From: Octopus vulgaris
Lineage: Eukaryota
NCBI GenBank assembly: GCA_951406725.2
Contig: OX597831.1
Location: forward strand, 59,582,001-59,646,000
DNA: 64,000 nucleotides
Reading direction: 5' to 3'
A model generated the notes under the pieces. It had not been told where the DNA came from. It saw nothing but the letters and a program-made list of their open reading frames with translations, and made no database searches. Positions 1-13,289 of the stretch are shown here, one piece after another (position 1 is the first letter of the stretch; each line of letters begins with the position of its first letter). Both the position numbers and the translations under genes were made by a program.

Positions 1-2507
1 GTACATACATAGACATACAAACACAAACGCACACATAAATGAATATATTCCTGCCAGGCATATTTGAACGACCCGTTACATATTTTAAGCAGTTACGTTT
101 GGTACACTTAATTACCATCGAAAAAAATATTGCATTGTTCTCCTATAACTGGTAGATTAAACTATAAATTTTGGTCTGGTTTTCGATATTTTTACGTCAT
201 TTATATCATTATTTTGCGCAATAATATGAAATTATGCTTAATGAGAAATTATTAGGTTGTTCTGTTTTTCATCCTGATGCATGACACACGTAAAGTAGTA
301 TTTTTGTATGATGTAATCGACGGGTTTTTTACTTGGAAAAGAGAAGAAATTCGCGTGGAAGCACGTTATCAGGTTTTAACCGTACACCAACTATTTACTC
401 ATACGACACGTTTAGTATTGACATTTCTAGAAAATACAATTTTTTGTAAATGTGTCTGACGAATGCTCATTTATCTCCATGATCAAAAACTGAATTCATC
501 AAACAACAAGAGTATAGTCATTAAACCAACAAGATCCATTTGTTTACTCGTATTTTGGCTATCTGTAGGTGCAGCAAAAGGTGTCCAGTAATGGTGACCC
601 AAGTAATGTATTCCAGACACAGCTCTGTTATCTAACAGGACTAATAAATAACTGAAATTCATATTCTGTCCGCATCTATTGTTTTTCTCTATACACATTT
701 ACAAGCACAACAGAGGTGAGCGGTTACTTCGGTAAAAATTCTGTGGTTAAAATTATATCTTTTAAAATTATGTACATAAATTTATTCTAGTATTAGATTG
801 TTAATATATATTTTCACTGCAAAATACATTCATTTAAACATGTGTTTATCATTAAGAAAGGGACGATTTGTCCAAAGATTCTCACTGACAGCTTCTAAAT
901 CTATTGTGATTTTCCATAGATTCACATAGAGTGTATTATTCCTGTATGCATTTACATTACATACGTATATTTGTATGTATATGCATATATGTGTGCATGC
1001 ATATTGATGAGCCAAACAAAGCCACGAACATGATTTAGCATAGCCTCAGGTTTCAATGAAGACATAATAGGTATTTTATCTCAGATATATATTCTTTCGC
1101 TATTCCAAACCAGTGGAGAGAATGTAAATTTGTCTTTCTAAGAAAGAAAACCTCTTAAAGCTTACAAGATATAGACTGCACAATGCAGTAAAACCTTACC
1201 ATGCTACGAGGAAAATTTTACGTTGAAGTTTGACAATAATAAAGGGGTACTAAAATTCCGACGAGAAAGAATAATAGGATTTTGGCGAAAAGAGGAACTA
1301 ATTAGAGAATGTGTACACCATGTCTAACAAAAAAACTGATGAACAGCTAAATAAGCCCGGTACATTAAGATCTGGTTGAACACTGGTGTTCTGTGTCTAG
1401 GTGGTGAGTAGCTATACATGGAATTTTATGCATGATTACATTTAACACCCATAACCAAGAACCGATCTTGACAAATGATGATTACTGAAGGAGACCTATG
1501 CAAAAGGAAATTTTTGTGTATGTTAAACATAGAGCTATAGAGTAAATAGATAAGTCTGAATACTGAAAGGTGTTTAGATTCATATTTGTTATAGATACAA
1601 CAGTTCATGTGAATAAGCACCGAAGTGTATTATTCCATTTCATATTGTTTGTATTAATGTTCTGTAAAAATAAAACATTCAGTATAACATTGCTATTGTT
1701 GCATAGTGATGAGAAAATTACGATTCTACAACAATAATATATTGCTTTAATTGGCGCAAAGAAATAACTACATGCCTATTGTATACGAATAACATTAACA
1801 ATACATTTTCCTCGAGTAACAACGAAGCAGATACCGTATTATTTTGTTGTTAGATAATAAATGCTCAATAATAAAACAGAAAATTCCTTTCTCTATTGCA
1901 TGTGTTCTAAGTTACTACTTGGTATATCGTTTGACGTATTTGCTCAAAAGTTCTCTACATATCAAATATTAGCTTAACTATGTCAATAAAGAGAAAAACC
2001 TGAGTGACTCTTCATTGAAAGCATATACGAATTTCAAATTTTAACTTTGTTATTGAATTCTGTCTGGAAGGGATTCAATATCTTGCATGAGAAATTTGAA
2101 AATAAGACTGCATTACTTTATTTTAACTGTTGTATTTTGATTGAAGCTATTATTATCGAATACAAAATGGCTTAGTTAATCTTTGCACAGAAAAAGAATA
2201 AATATAACCCGGTAAATAGTTTGGTGGATGATTGACAAAAATATAGAAGCATTTCAATATACAACGCTGTATTTGATTCAGAGTAAATTGAGTTGATATC
2301 CAATCACATACAGATTGTACAGAGAAAAAACAATATGAAACAAGATGTATGTTGGTAATTCAAACATGTACTGTTGTTAAATCGATAATATTATTTTTTA
2401 GTCGGATATTGAATAATGTAACATGTATAAGTAAATATGCAGTATCAAATATGAAGAATATCTTTATGCTACGTTTTTGAATGTATACTAATTTTTGTTC
2501 CTTCCAA

Positions 2508-2887
2508 AGTTTTCAAGTTTTGGCACAAGACCAACAATTTCAGGCAAAGTGTCAGTTGATTTCATTGACACCAGTCGGCTGAATTTGAACCCAAAACGTG
2601 AAGCCGAACGGAATATCACCAAACATTTCGCCTGGTGCGCTAATGATTCTGCTAGCTCGTCGTCTTCTCTGTGTCCCTTATACTAATTTCAACTTTTTGC
2701 ACAACGCCAGCGATTCCGAGCAAGTGGTAAGTCGATTACAACGATCCGTGTGCTCGACAGGTACTTATATTATCGGCGATGAAAGGCAAAGTCAATTCGA
2801 TGGAATTTAAACGCACAATTTAAATTCGAACGAAATGCCTCTAAGCCTTTTCCCGGCGCCCAAAGCATTTTACTACTCACCGCCTTC
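2508..2887 (-). mobile_element. Two head-to-tail decayed copies of tRNA-derived SINE family B (Meta/MESC-domain-like)
   Basis: Reverse complement matches copies at 15911, 24188, 45818 and 48789: head AAGGCGG..CTGGCAGAATC.TTAGC, central GACTTTGCCTTTCATC...AAGTACC, tail CTTGTGCCAAAA.TTGAAA. Confidence 0.75.
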
Positions 2888-3094
2888 TGTGTCCTTATAC
2901 TGTGAGCAAAATGTTTAAACCATACGTGAAAACGTATTCTTATAATTGCAATAGGACATGCGTCCCCAAATGAAATATATTGGCCTTGTAGTATAGTTTG
3001 GTGAAGTAGTAGACAACTGATACTATAAACATATGTTACTCACGCATCTAGATTATCAGTCTTGCAAAATGTGGTGACTAAGATTATATTTGAA

Positions 3095-3268
3095 TTCTAA
3101 ATCATATGCGAGGTGTAGTCTAAAAGCACACGAGTTTTACTAAATTATATCCGAGGTGTAATAAAAAAACATATGATTTTTTCAAAATTATATACGAGGT
3201 ATAGTAAAAATGTATGCAACTTTTTCTAAATTATATAAGAGTTGTAGTCAAACGGCGTACGACTTTGA
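3095..3268 (+). repeat. Four tandem ~43-bp units, each containing a mariner TIR-like motif (TATACGAGGTGTAGTCAAAA...)
   Basis: CGAGG/AGAG cores at about 3109, 3152, 3195 and 3238 (period 43), directly upstream of the mariner remnant. Confidence 0.7.
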
Positions 3269-4010
3269 ATTTTTGTACAGAATAATAACGCGTGAGCAAA
3301 ATCCGCGTAGGTATTAGGTGGCCGCGTCCTTCCTGAGCATGCGCAAATATGTTTGTGTCAGTAGGTTGCGCCATTTGTCCGCAGTGAAGGGTTGAGTCCA
3401 GGCGTGAAGAGTGTGCTGTGAGACTTTTCTTTTTGTGTCAAGATAACCAAGCGCATTGAGCAAAGAAACTGTTTCAAATTCTTCTAAAACTTTCCTGATA
3501 CACAATCCCAGATTAACCGAGAAAATTCAGAAGACATTTGGAGATAATGCTATGGAAAAAAACACAAATAATGGAGTGGTAGAACCGGTTCAAAGGTGAT
3601 TACCCGTCAGTGGACAATGAACTATGAATATGCAAAACAAGGTCAGAAAATCAACAAATAATATTACCTGGGGGTTCTTCCTCGCCTTCATGAAGTTGTG
3701 CGGTGGCAAGGACCCGACATGTGGGAAGTAAAGAAGAGGGAACTCCACCATGAAAACGCACCCGCTCATTCTGCTCACGTCGGCCAAACATTTGTCGTCA
3801 AGCAAAACACACCACCTTTTCGTCAAGATCCCTACTCCCCAGACTTGACACCTTGTGACTTTTGTCTATTTCCAAAGCACAAAGAAAACACTCACAGTGA
3901 GATTTGAGTCAAGAGAGGGCATTAATCAAAGTTCGAAGGCACAGCTGTGCAGTGTCCCAAAAGGTGATTTCCAGAATTGTTTCCAGGTAAATACTTTGTC
4001 GTTCACGATG
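3230..4010 (+). mobile_element. Decayed mariner (Tc1/mariner) transposon with internally deleted transposase pseudogene
   Basis: HTH-region remnant (EQRNCFKF...QKTFGDNAM...EW*NRFKG) at about 3457-3600; LHHENAPAH and YSPDLTPCDFCLFPK motifs (ORF 3698-3907); RFESREGI...FQNCFQ C-terminus. Confidence 0.9.
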
Positions 4011-4022
4011 AGAGAAATTACC

Positions 4023-4088
<66 letters not shown>

Positions 4089-4230
4089 GAAATTAATTGT
4101 GAAATCACAGGTGATATAAAACTAAATTCAGTTTTTTAAATGTCTTGCTTCAGGAACTGCATTAGGTTTTGGTAGTAATGACTTATGTCCCTCTCAGCGT
4201 GAGGCATTTATGTGTAATAATGCCCTCTAT

Positions 4231-4282
<52 letters not shown>

Positions 4283-4977
4283 GAAATGTAAGTTATGATA
4301 TCCACTCCAAAATTTATCTATTTCAATAACATCAATCGATATAGTCAATCAAGCAGTCTTATTTTCAGTTCTCCTCTTAAAAGTAGTGTGTTAAATATAG
4401 TGAGATAACCTGTTTCGACTTTGGAACATTTTGAAGATGCACTGTATGAATATAAATGTAGGAAAGTAAAATTGTTATATAACTCCTGCCAATCATTTGT
4501 AGCCAGGTTAGGGAAATCTAATATTAATTTATCATTTGTAAATATATTTCTATAAATATTTCTCGCCCAGAACATAATTGCCTATATTTGACACACTAAT
4601 ATTACGCCCAACCACACGTTTATAGACGTGAGTGTTTGTGTCTGTTCATGTAAGAGAGTTTGCTTCTAAGACGACCCTTAGGGATACAAGTACTAGTGTG
4701 CTACAATGCCTTGCAGCTGGAAAAGAGAAAAATGAAAACGAGTATAGTTTGTTTTCTCTTGAAGTAAACTTTTATCCACTACATAGAATATTGCGTAAGG
4801 CAAAGTAACTGTAAGAGAAAATAAAAATAGTACCAGCTGATCAAATAATTATCTTCAAGAGTAAGAAATATAGATATTGTTTCTCTCTTTGTAGAAAGAA
4901 ACAGACATGTATTGAAAAGAGACGAAAAACAAAATTATGCAAATACAATAACAACAGGCATAGAACATGTCTCTATA

Positions 4978-5142
4978 GGCCCAGGGCTGGCTGAGTGGTA
5001 AGTAACTTGCTTACCAACCACATGGATCCGGGTTCAGTCCCACTGCGTGTAACTTTGGGCAAGTGCCTTCTATTATAGCTTCGGGTTGACCAAAGCCTTG
5101 TGAGTGGATTTGGTAGACGGAAACTAAAAAAAGAAGCTCGTC

Positions 5143-5204
<62 letters not shown>

Positions 5205-5462
5205 ATGTGCGTGCGTCTATATATATATGTGTGTGTCTATGTGTGTGATTCTGTGTCTGTGTTTGTATCCCCCAACATCGCTTGACAATCGATGCTGATG
5301 TGTTTATGTCCCCGTAAGTTAGCGGTTCGGCAAAAGAGACCGATAGAATAAGTACAAGGCTTACAAAGTCTTGGGGTCGATTTGCTCGACTGAAAGCGGT
5401 GCTCCAGCATTGCCGCAGTCAAATGACTGAAACAAGTTAAAGAGTAAAGAGTAAAAGAGTAA
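4978..5462 (+). mobile_element. Full-length tRNA-derived SINE family A with internal (AT)n/(GT)n microsatellite
   Basis: A-box-like TGGCTGAGTGG, B-box-like GGTTCAGTCCC, CORE-like TTGGGCAAGTG, 3' (AAAGAGT)n tail; highly similar to the inverted copy at 22377-22792. Confidence 0.9.
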
Positions 5463-6910
5463 GTTCAATGTTCTCCTTATCTACGTGATTTCCATGATTC
5501 TGTCTCTATACTCCTAATCGTTTTCCTTGATTTCTCCCTATTATGTTAGGCGGTAAGATACTTTTTTTCTGTAGCATAACAATTTGGAAAAGTTTTAAAT
5601 TAGAACGTATACTGTATACGCCATGCGGTTATGTCATTTGATATACCGTACTTAACATGCCCATCACGTATCAATTTTTAATTGATTACTTGCAGTGAGA
5701 TATTACGACATACAGATATATTCTTACCATATTATTTATCTGTACAGCTGTTTGCATGCGTGTATCATAATGCATATATACTCACGGGAGCTTACAGTCA
5801 GCCACAAACAACTATATACCAAAATGAATGTTTTCTTTCGCTCTCCTAAGGGGAATGAAAAAAAACCTTTTAATCATTTTGTAAGCAATTACCCCGCAAC
5901 GACTGACAGCTACTCAGTCTACAATAACAACCATATGTAACGTTATTATTCATATTTAAAACGACTAAGGTCATTATTATGTTATTGTACACTTTCCTAG
6001 TATTCATTTGTTATATAGATTAAATAGGTTATGGTGTGATTATGAAACATTTGAGGAAATTCACAGCGCCAATGTTGAATGAAGTTCACCACAACCAATA
6101 TATACATATTTCATAAACTAAAAGATGGCCTAGGTACGATACGCTTCATGGTGGTGACTCCAAACCAATCTGCCTCGCTAAAACCCGAATTTACTTGTTT
6201 GGATCTTGTATTCTTGTAAATGAAATGCATCGTGCCAATGCAGTTGTAAAGCCTACTGTTTCCTTTCCTGCTGATCATAGTCTTCGTTGCAGTTATTCGT
6301 GTCACATCTTCTTGCCGTTAGCGTTTTCACCAGATTGGAAGAATTTCGGCAGTATGAGCGCCAGGTAGCGCTTAAGTCTAAGAGAATTGTACGTTAGTTC
6401 AAATAAGTTTGTGATATATTTCAACTTCTAAAGGCAACTTCACTGCCTTCTAAAGGCAACTTAACTGTAGAGAAAAATCCTCACTTTTGGTAAACTTTGG
6501 TGCTTCTACCGCTGAAATCCTCCTGACTTGCCGGCTTTCCGTTCACATACACACGCATACATACATACATACATACATACATACATACATACATACATAC
6601 ATACATACATACACATACACAAACACACACTTCTATGCGGTATTGCACTATTTCCATATTGTGCTAATAAGGCTCGGATGCATTTCGGCACCTGAATAAC
6701 ATTCCCACCAGGGATGGCGGATCGTTGCTCTTTGTTCTTTTGTGCACATTGCTAGTAGAGAGGTTACGCTTACACTCTGTAGCCAGTAAGAGAACTGGCG
6801 CGATCACGCTCAGATTTCGATCAAGTGACCAAAATAGTACCAGCTATAAGCACCCATGTGCAGAAGACCGTGTGACAATAATAAAGATATGCTATGGCCA
6901 AAGTGCAATC

Positions 6911-6977
6911 TGATATCACAACGAGCAACACGTAAGCGTTCCTGTTTATACCGATGAATTAGTTTGAAATATCAAAA

Positions 6978-7050
<73 letters not shown>

Positions 7051-7130
7051 AAAGTACATATAATAGAAAAGTTGGAATTAAAATAACAATTAAGAAGTAA
7101 AGATTAAGTAAATTAAAAAATAATATAATG

Positions 7131-7191
<61 letters not shown>

Positions 7192-7747
7192 TCAATCTAC
7201 GACCTCTGTAAATTATTTGGAGTAAAATAGTGCTAATCTCATTCATAATTACCAAGCATATTAACTAAAGAAGAACAGCCTTTGATTCTGTGTGAAACTC
7301 ATGATTTGGCAGAGTTAGATCGTATATTGTCAATGTTTTGTTCAAAGAACTTTTATTTTATACTGTAAATTTAAACCATCTGCATATCGCACACATTCTG
7401 ACATGAAATGTTTTCGTTTCCTATTTTCTACACCACTAATATATATCATGCGGTCTCCTATTGTCTATGGCATTCTAAGCTAACTATTGGCACGGAATGT
7501 TGTTTACACATTTTAGAAAATTCCTTATATTTTAGAAGGTGACATAAAACAAATATAATAGATATTAAAATTGCTTGTAGAAACACATGCTTTCTAACAG
7601 TTGTCCATCTGAAAAATCAATATAGTATAACAGAAATATTTGATTTAATTATATTCTTTAAATAAATATGGTTGATATCACAACGAGCCTCACGTGAGCG
7701 TTCTTGTTTATACAGATGAATTAGTTTGAAACATCAATATACCATAT
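6911..7747. repeat. ~75-bp diverged direct repeat (6911-6985 and 7673-7747)
   Basis: TGATATCACAACGAGC..CACGT.AGCGTTC.TGTTTATAC.GATGAATTAGTTTGAAA occurs twice. Confidence 0.85.
7048..7132 (-). mobile_element. Fragment of the hammerhead-bearing repeat family seen at 13830-14305
   Basis: Reverse complement CATTATATTATTTTTTAATTTACTTAATCTTTACTTCTTAATTGTTATTTTAATT matches about 14073-14130. Confidence 0.7.
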
Positions 7748-7821
7748 GTATTTTAGGATACACGGATGCATATGCATTTCTGGACACGCAAACTTATACA
7801 TATGTACATAAAATACCGATA

Positions 7822-8269
<448 letters not shown>

Positions 8270-8270
<1 letters not shown>

Positions 8271-10060
8271 ATAGATGGTCTGGAAGAAGACAATAAAACT
8301 AATGGTGACATGATAGATGGGCAAAAGGCAATCTAGGAGATAAGAAAGGCAAAGCTGCAGGAGAACTACAGCGACATTATTTGCAACGTTAGAAAATTAG
8401 ATCGGTGGAAATTGAACTAAGAAAAAAAGATGATGAATGTAATTCTGAAATGCAGCAGAACAAAAGACATCACAGAAACAAATAATTTGATCAAGGCAGC
8501 AAGTATTGTTGTATCAGAAAATGTGGGCGTTGATGTCAAGAAAACGAAATATTATGGGCGTGACCAAAGAAAATATCCATGGTGGAATAAATAAAGAATA
8601 CAAGCAGGGATAGATATGCTCTCGAGAAACAGTTCTGTGTTTGACTGGAAAGAGAAGGGGGAGCTTAAAAAGCGAACAAAGATACAAAGCAGTATGATAT
8701 TGAAAGAAAGAGCCTGAATGTGGTAATGGAACTGAAACAACGCCTCGTTGCAAAGAGAGCAAATATGGTAAGATACGACCAAAGAATGAACGGATACCAG
8801 CAGAATAGTTTATTCAGTGTAGTTCAGAAGAGATTCTACAAAACCATATATGCAGAGTGTACAAAGGAAAAGTCGATACTATATAACATTGAAAGTCAAA
8901 GGTCTTGGAGTGACATCTAAGGCAAATACAACGAGCACAAGAAGGATGCTGAATGGTTACAAGTACTGAAACAAACTGTAGTCTGTCCATAGGAGGCAGA
9001 ACTAATCAATTCAGTTTGGGAAGTAAAGGAAATCAGCAAAGAAATGGCCATTGGAAGGCCCCGTGACGAGATGGATTTCAAGGCTACTGGATCTCAAGAT
9101 TTGGTGAATATCATGCACGATTCGCTGCACAACTCAACACCTTTTTTAAATGCCGTCTCAGTAACACCAGGGTGGTAGGCAATGGGTAGGACAGTTCTGT
9201 GCTTGAAAAACATCGGAAGAAGTAATACGGTAGAAAATTACAGGCCGATATCTTTCTTGCCACTAATATGGAAATTATTGTCTGGAATAGTTGCAGAGCG
9301 GCCATCTAAAAATATGAATTGAGTCCTGCCACATGAGCAGAAGTGTTGCAAGCGTAAGTGCAGAGATACCAAGGATCAACTATTCGTAGACAAAACAGTA
9401 CTTAGAGACTGCAAGGGGAGGAAATCTAACCGAGCCATGTCATGGATCGATTATCGTAAGGTATACGTTATAATCCCACATTCTTGGATTATGGAATGTA
9501 TGAACATATTTGATATTGCATCGAATATTGACGATAGCTTGCAAAAAGTATGGTGAAGTGAAGGATAGAACTGACAGCACATGGAAGAAGTTTAGGGACA
9601 ATAGAAATCAGGATAGGTGTCTTCCAAGGGTACTGATCTTTGTACTGTACATGATATCACTAATACTGATTCTGATAAAGCAAAGTCTGGGTATGTATTC
9701 AAAAGCTGCCAACAAAAAGTCAACCACTTGTTTTTCATGGATGACTTCAAACTCTATCGTAGAGATTAATCACAGGTCAGTTCCCTCGTTGGTACGGTGC
9801 TGATATCAGAATGGAGGTTGGACGGAAAAAGCGTTGCGTGTTAGTCTAGAAGAGAGGAAAAATGACATGTATGGACAGGCAAGTGATACCGTCGGAGGAA
9901 GTTATGAAGCACAATAGAAGAGACGAGCTACAAGTACTTGAGAATATTGGAAATAGATAAATTTATCGAGAAAGAAATGACAGAAAAATGTAAGTGGCGT
10001 GCTTGCGTAGATTGGGACTGATACTTAATTCGAAATAAAACACTCGGAATAAAAGTGTAC
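8270..10060 (+). mobile_element. Old, truncated R4/Dong-clade non-LTR retrotransposon (RT pseudogene)
   Basis: Frameshifted fragments: PWW, LKQRLVAK..MVRYDQRMNGYQQNSLF, YRPISFLPLIWK, EQKCCKRKCRDTKDQL, MSWIDYRK, GVFQG, NHLFFMDDFKLY, YKYL. Colinear with the element at 32-37 kb and begins directly after (AAT)n. Confidence 0.9.
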
Positions 10061-10339
10061 TAACGACACAAAATAACAGTCAAAACACAAGCACCGTAAG
10101 CTAGGATATTTAAAAGTAATTTATAGCTATTTCCCTGTGGTAATATGAGCAATTATGCTCACATAGGCTGTTATACTACCATCGGTGTTTTATTTTTTTA
10201 TTTTGTTACAGAGTTATATTCGGGAAATCATGCAAGACACTTGTAGACTTATACATGCGCTATTGTTAAAACTATTTGACACAGATTTTATTGTTTGATT
10301 TTAGCATTAAAATCGCTTTAAATTTTCGTAACTGGTGTT

Positions 10340-10428
<89 letters not shown>

Positions 10429-10844
10429 ATTCAAGTTAAGAAGCAACGAAAACTCTAGCATTTAATACGGATTAGTTGTAAAGGAACATCCAAAATAACA
10501 GATGTTTTCACTTAAAAAATCCCTAATAAGAAGATTATGTTACACGACGAATCGACTGCCAATGTTCGTTTGTTGACATATTTTACATTACATGTATTTC
10601 CCTCAAAAGCAATGAACGATCAAACAGATATAAATGTGCACATGCATAAATATACACTGACGTACAGAAATTCGGCAACATACAAATCAGTGGCACACAC
10701 ATACACAGACATAGACACACACACACACACAAATATATATATATATATACATACGTATATACATTTGTATGTACATTTGTGTGTATGTATGTGCATATGA
10801 ATATACACATGTGTATATACATGTTATTTATATATGTATATATG

Positions 10845-10880
<36 letters not shown>

Positions 10881-11451
10881 TATATATATATAAAAATATA
10901 TATGTATATATATATAGTGAGAGAGAGAGTGAGACAGACAGACAGAGAGACAGAGATAGCTCGATAAAGGGATAGATTATCTATATGTGCTCATGTATAG
11001 AACCAATAAAAATGTACAGACATATTGTGCACAAATACTGACATTAATATTGAGCTTATGTAATGGCATAATTGTTCTCAAATGTTGGAATATGCCTGAA
11101 TTTCGTTGCAGCTGTACCTTAATTTTTTACAGAATTTGAGACTCACTTTACTGTGCGTCATAAAAACAATGAAGAATTTGGTTTTATTTGGGGTAAATTA
11201 AATATTGAGTAATCAGTTGAAATAAGAGCTATATGAAACGTGTGATAATTGTGACGCCATTAAATTTATATTTGAATTTCACAATTTGTGCAAAAAATAA
11301 AAGGTTTCGTCTCTTCATGACAGTATTTATTCTACTAATTGTAATACATATGATAATATATGAAGGAAAGTTACATAAAGTATGATACAGGTTCTTCAGT
11401 GAAATAGGCAAAAATATACACGTTATATATATCGCTATACAGGTAAGGCGT

Positions 11452-11510
<59 letters not shown>

Positions 11511-11518
<8 letters not shown>

Positions 11519-11650
11519 TAAGGAGTTTGCTTTTCAATCACATGGTTTCTGCCTCAGTCCCACTGCGTAATACTTTTGATAACAGTCTTCTACTATAGAT
11601 CTGGGCCGACGAAAGATTTGTGCGTAGATTTGGTTGACAGAAACTGGATA
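11511..11650 (+). mobile_element. 5' fragment of SINE family A
   Basis: GTGTGGTAAGG.GTTTGC...CAGTCCCACTGCGT...TTCTACTATAG...GATTTGGT.GAC.GAAACTG matches 4990-5125. Confidence 0.8.
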
Positions 11651-11871
11651 GCTGGATTGCGTGTTCGCTTCTCTTTTCGTCATCTGTGACATGTTCTCCG
11701 CAGGCTGCTTTTCTCGCTACTAAACGGCAAGTGACATTGCGGAACAATCATTTTAACGAGTCGTATCTAATTATCACCCATCGAGATACATCTGCACCAC
11801 TGGATGCTCTTGAACCAGCTGTTTGATTGACCTGAGGTAACTTTCAGTATAAAAATAAATAAAAAAGATTT

Positions 11872-11940
<69 letters not shown>

Positions 11941-11945
<5 letters not shown>

Positions 11946-12284
11946 GGAATAAATCCAAATTTACAGGGAAAAATCAGATTTAGGATTGAATCCAATTTTA
12001 TAGTAAAATATAATATAATATTAATTAGAGACAAAACCACTATTATGCAAATCAAACAAAGAAAGACTTAATCCAATACACAAAAAAATGTATTCATGGC
12101 TCAAATTAATATGTGTTTTGAATAGGCTTTCATTGGATGAAGATAATAACATAACTGGTCTCAGAGGTATTTTACGCTTCCCGCTACGCCCGTGTGTTAC
12201 TCTCAAAGGAGAATGTTTGGATTAAGTCTTTCTTTGTTTGATTTCATTAGTGTTTGATTTGCATAATAGTGGTTTTGTCTTTAA

Positions 12285-12296
<12 letters not shown>
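11941..12296. repeat. Fold-back element: ~60-bp inverted arms (12016-12076 / 12217-12296) around a 129-bp segment duplicated at 12632-12760
   Basis: ATTAATTAGAGACAAAACCACTATTATGCAAATCAAACAAAGAAAGACTTAATCCAA and its reverse complement (with a small insertion); 11941-11985 is the reverse complement of the 3' end at about 14255-14305. Confidence 0.85.
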
Positions 12297-12338
<42 letters not shown>

Positions 12339-12480
12339 GAATCGATTCTATAATGCGTCAAAACAATTGTCGTGATTAATACTATATTCCCGAATATTCC
12401 ATATTTTGTCTTTCATTAGCTATATATATAACTAAAACAAACTCATGTTGTTCCACACAGGTAGAAATATAGGAAAATTT

Positions 12481-13030
12481 ATAAATTGAAAATAATTCTT
12501 TATTAATATATTTAAAGTTTAAAACTGTTTCACAGTTTACACGGATTTTCAAAATGTTCAAATAGGAGGACGTGGGTTATGTCCAAGCTGCCTTGCTTCT
12601 GACAAATGTTTGAAGCTTTTTTTTATAAAGAATTCATGGCTCAAATTAATATGTGTTTTGAATAGGCTTTGATTGGATGAAGATAATAACATAACTGGTC
12701 TCAGAGATATTTTACGCTTCTCGCTACGCCCGTGTGTTACTCTCAAAGGAGAATGTTTGGTGTCGCAAGTTAGGGCTTTGATGGTTTGGACATGTTTCTG
12801 AAACTATCCTAGTCATGTGACTATCCTATTAATTACTGTAAAAAAACATACACATTTAAGCCATGAACTCCCTACAGAACTGCGGCTAGCTTCAAGCACT
12901 ACTCAGAAGCAAAACACCTGCGACATAAGCCAGATCTTTGTATTTGAACTTTTTGAAATTTTGAAAATGAGTGTAAAATGTGAAGCCGGTTAAAGCTTTA
13001 AATATATTAATGAAATATATTTCAACTATT
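12481..13030. repeat. Fold-back element with ~85-bp diverged inverted arms (12481-12563 / 12941-13030)
   Basis: The left arm's reverse complement TTTGAAAATCCGTGTAAACTGTGAAACAGTTTTAAACTTTAAATATATTAATAAA aligns to the right arm TTTGAAAATGAGTGTAAAATGTGAAGCCGGTTAAAGCTTTAAATATATTAATGAA. Confidence 0.8.
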
Positions 13031-13093
13031 CTCAGTGCGTTTTCAGCTTCTATTTTTATGTATATATATACATACATACATATATGCAAACAT

Positions 13094-13186
<93 letters not shown>

Positions 13187-13289
13187 AATACATATACGTA
13201 TGTATGTATGTATGTATGTATATATATATATATATATATATAAATATGTGTGGGTGTGTTTGTGTCTGTATGTATGTATATATGAGTGT

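Noticed and set aside
345-377. Minus-strand CTGATAA-CGTG-cttc-CACG-CGAAT hammerhead-like motif
   Set aside because: G8 and GAAA are both broken, and there is no helix I or III.
483-720. ORF 483-698 and a donor-like GAG|GTGAGC at about 715 as a host exon
   Set aside because: No recognisable domain and no supporting exon chain.
1337-1392. CTGATGA...GAACACTGGTGTT hammerhead-like motif
   Set aside because: The GAAA box lacks an A and stem I does not pair.
3095-3268. 43-bp periodic array as a CRISPR
   Set aside because: No unique spacers, eukaryotic context, and the units resemble a mariner TIR.
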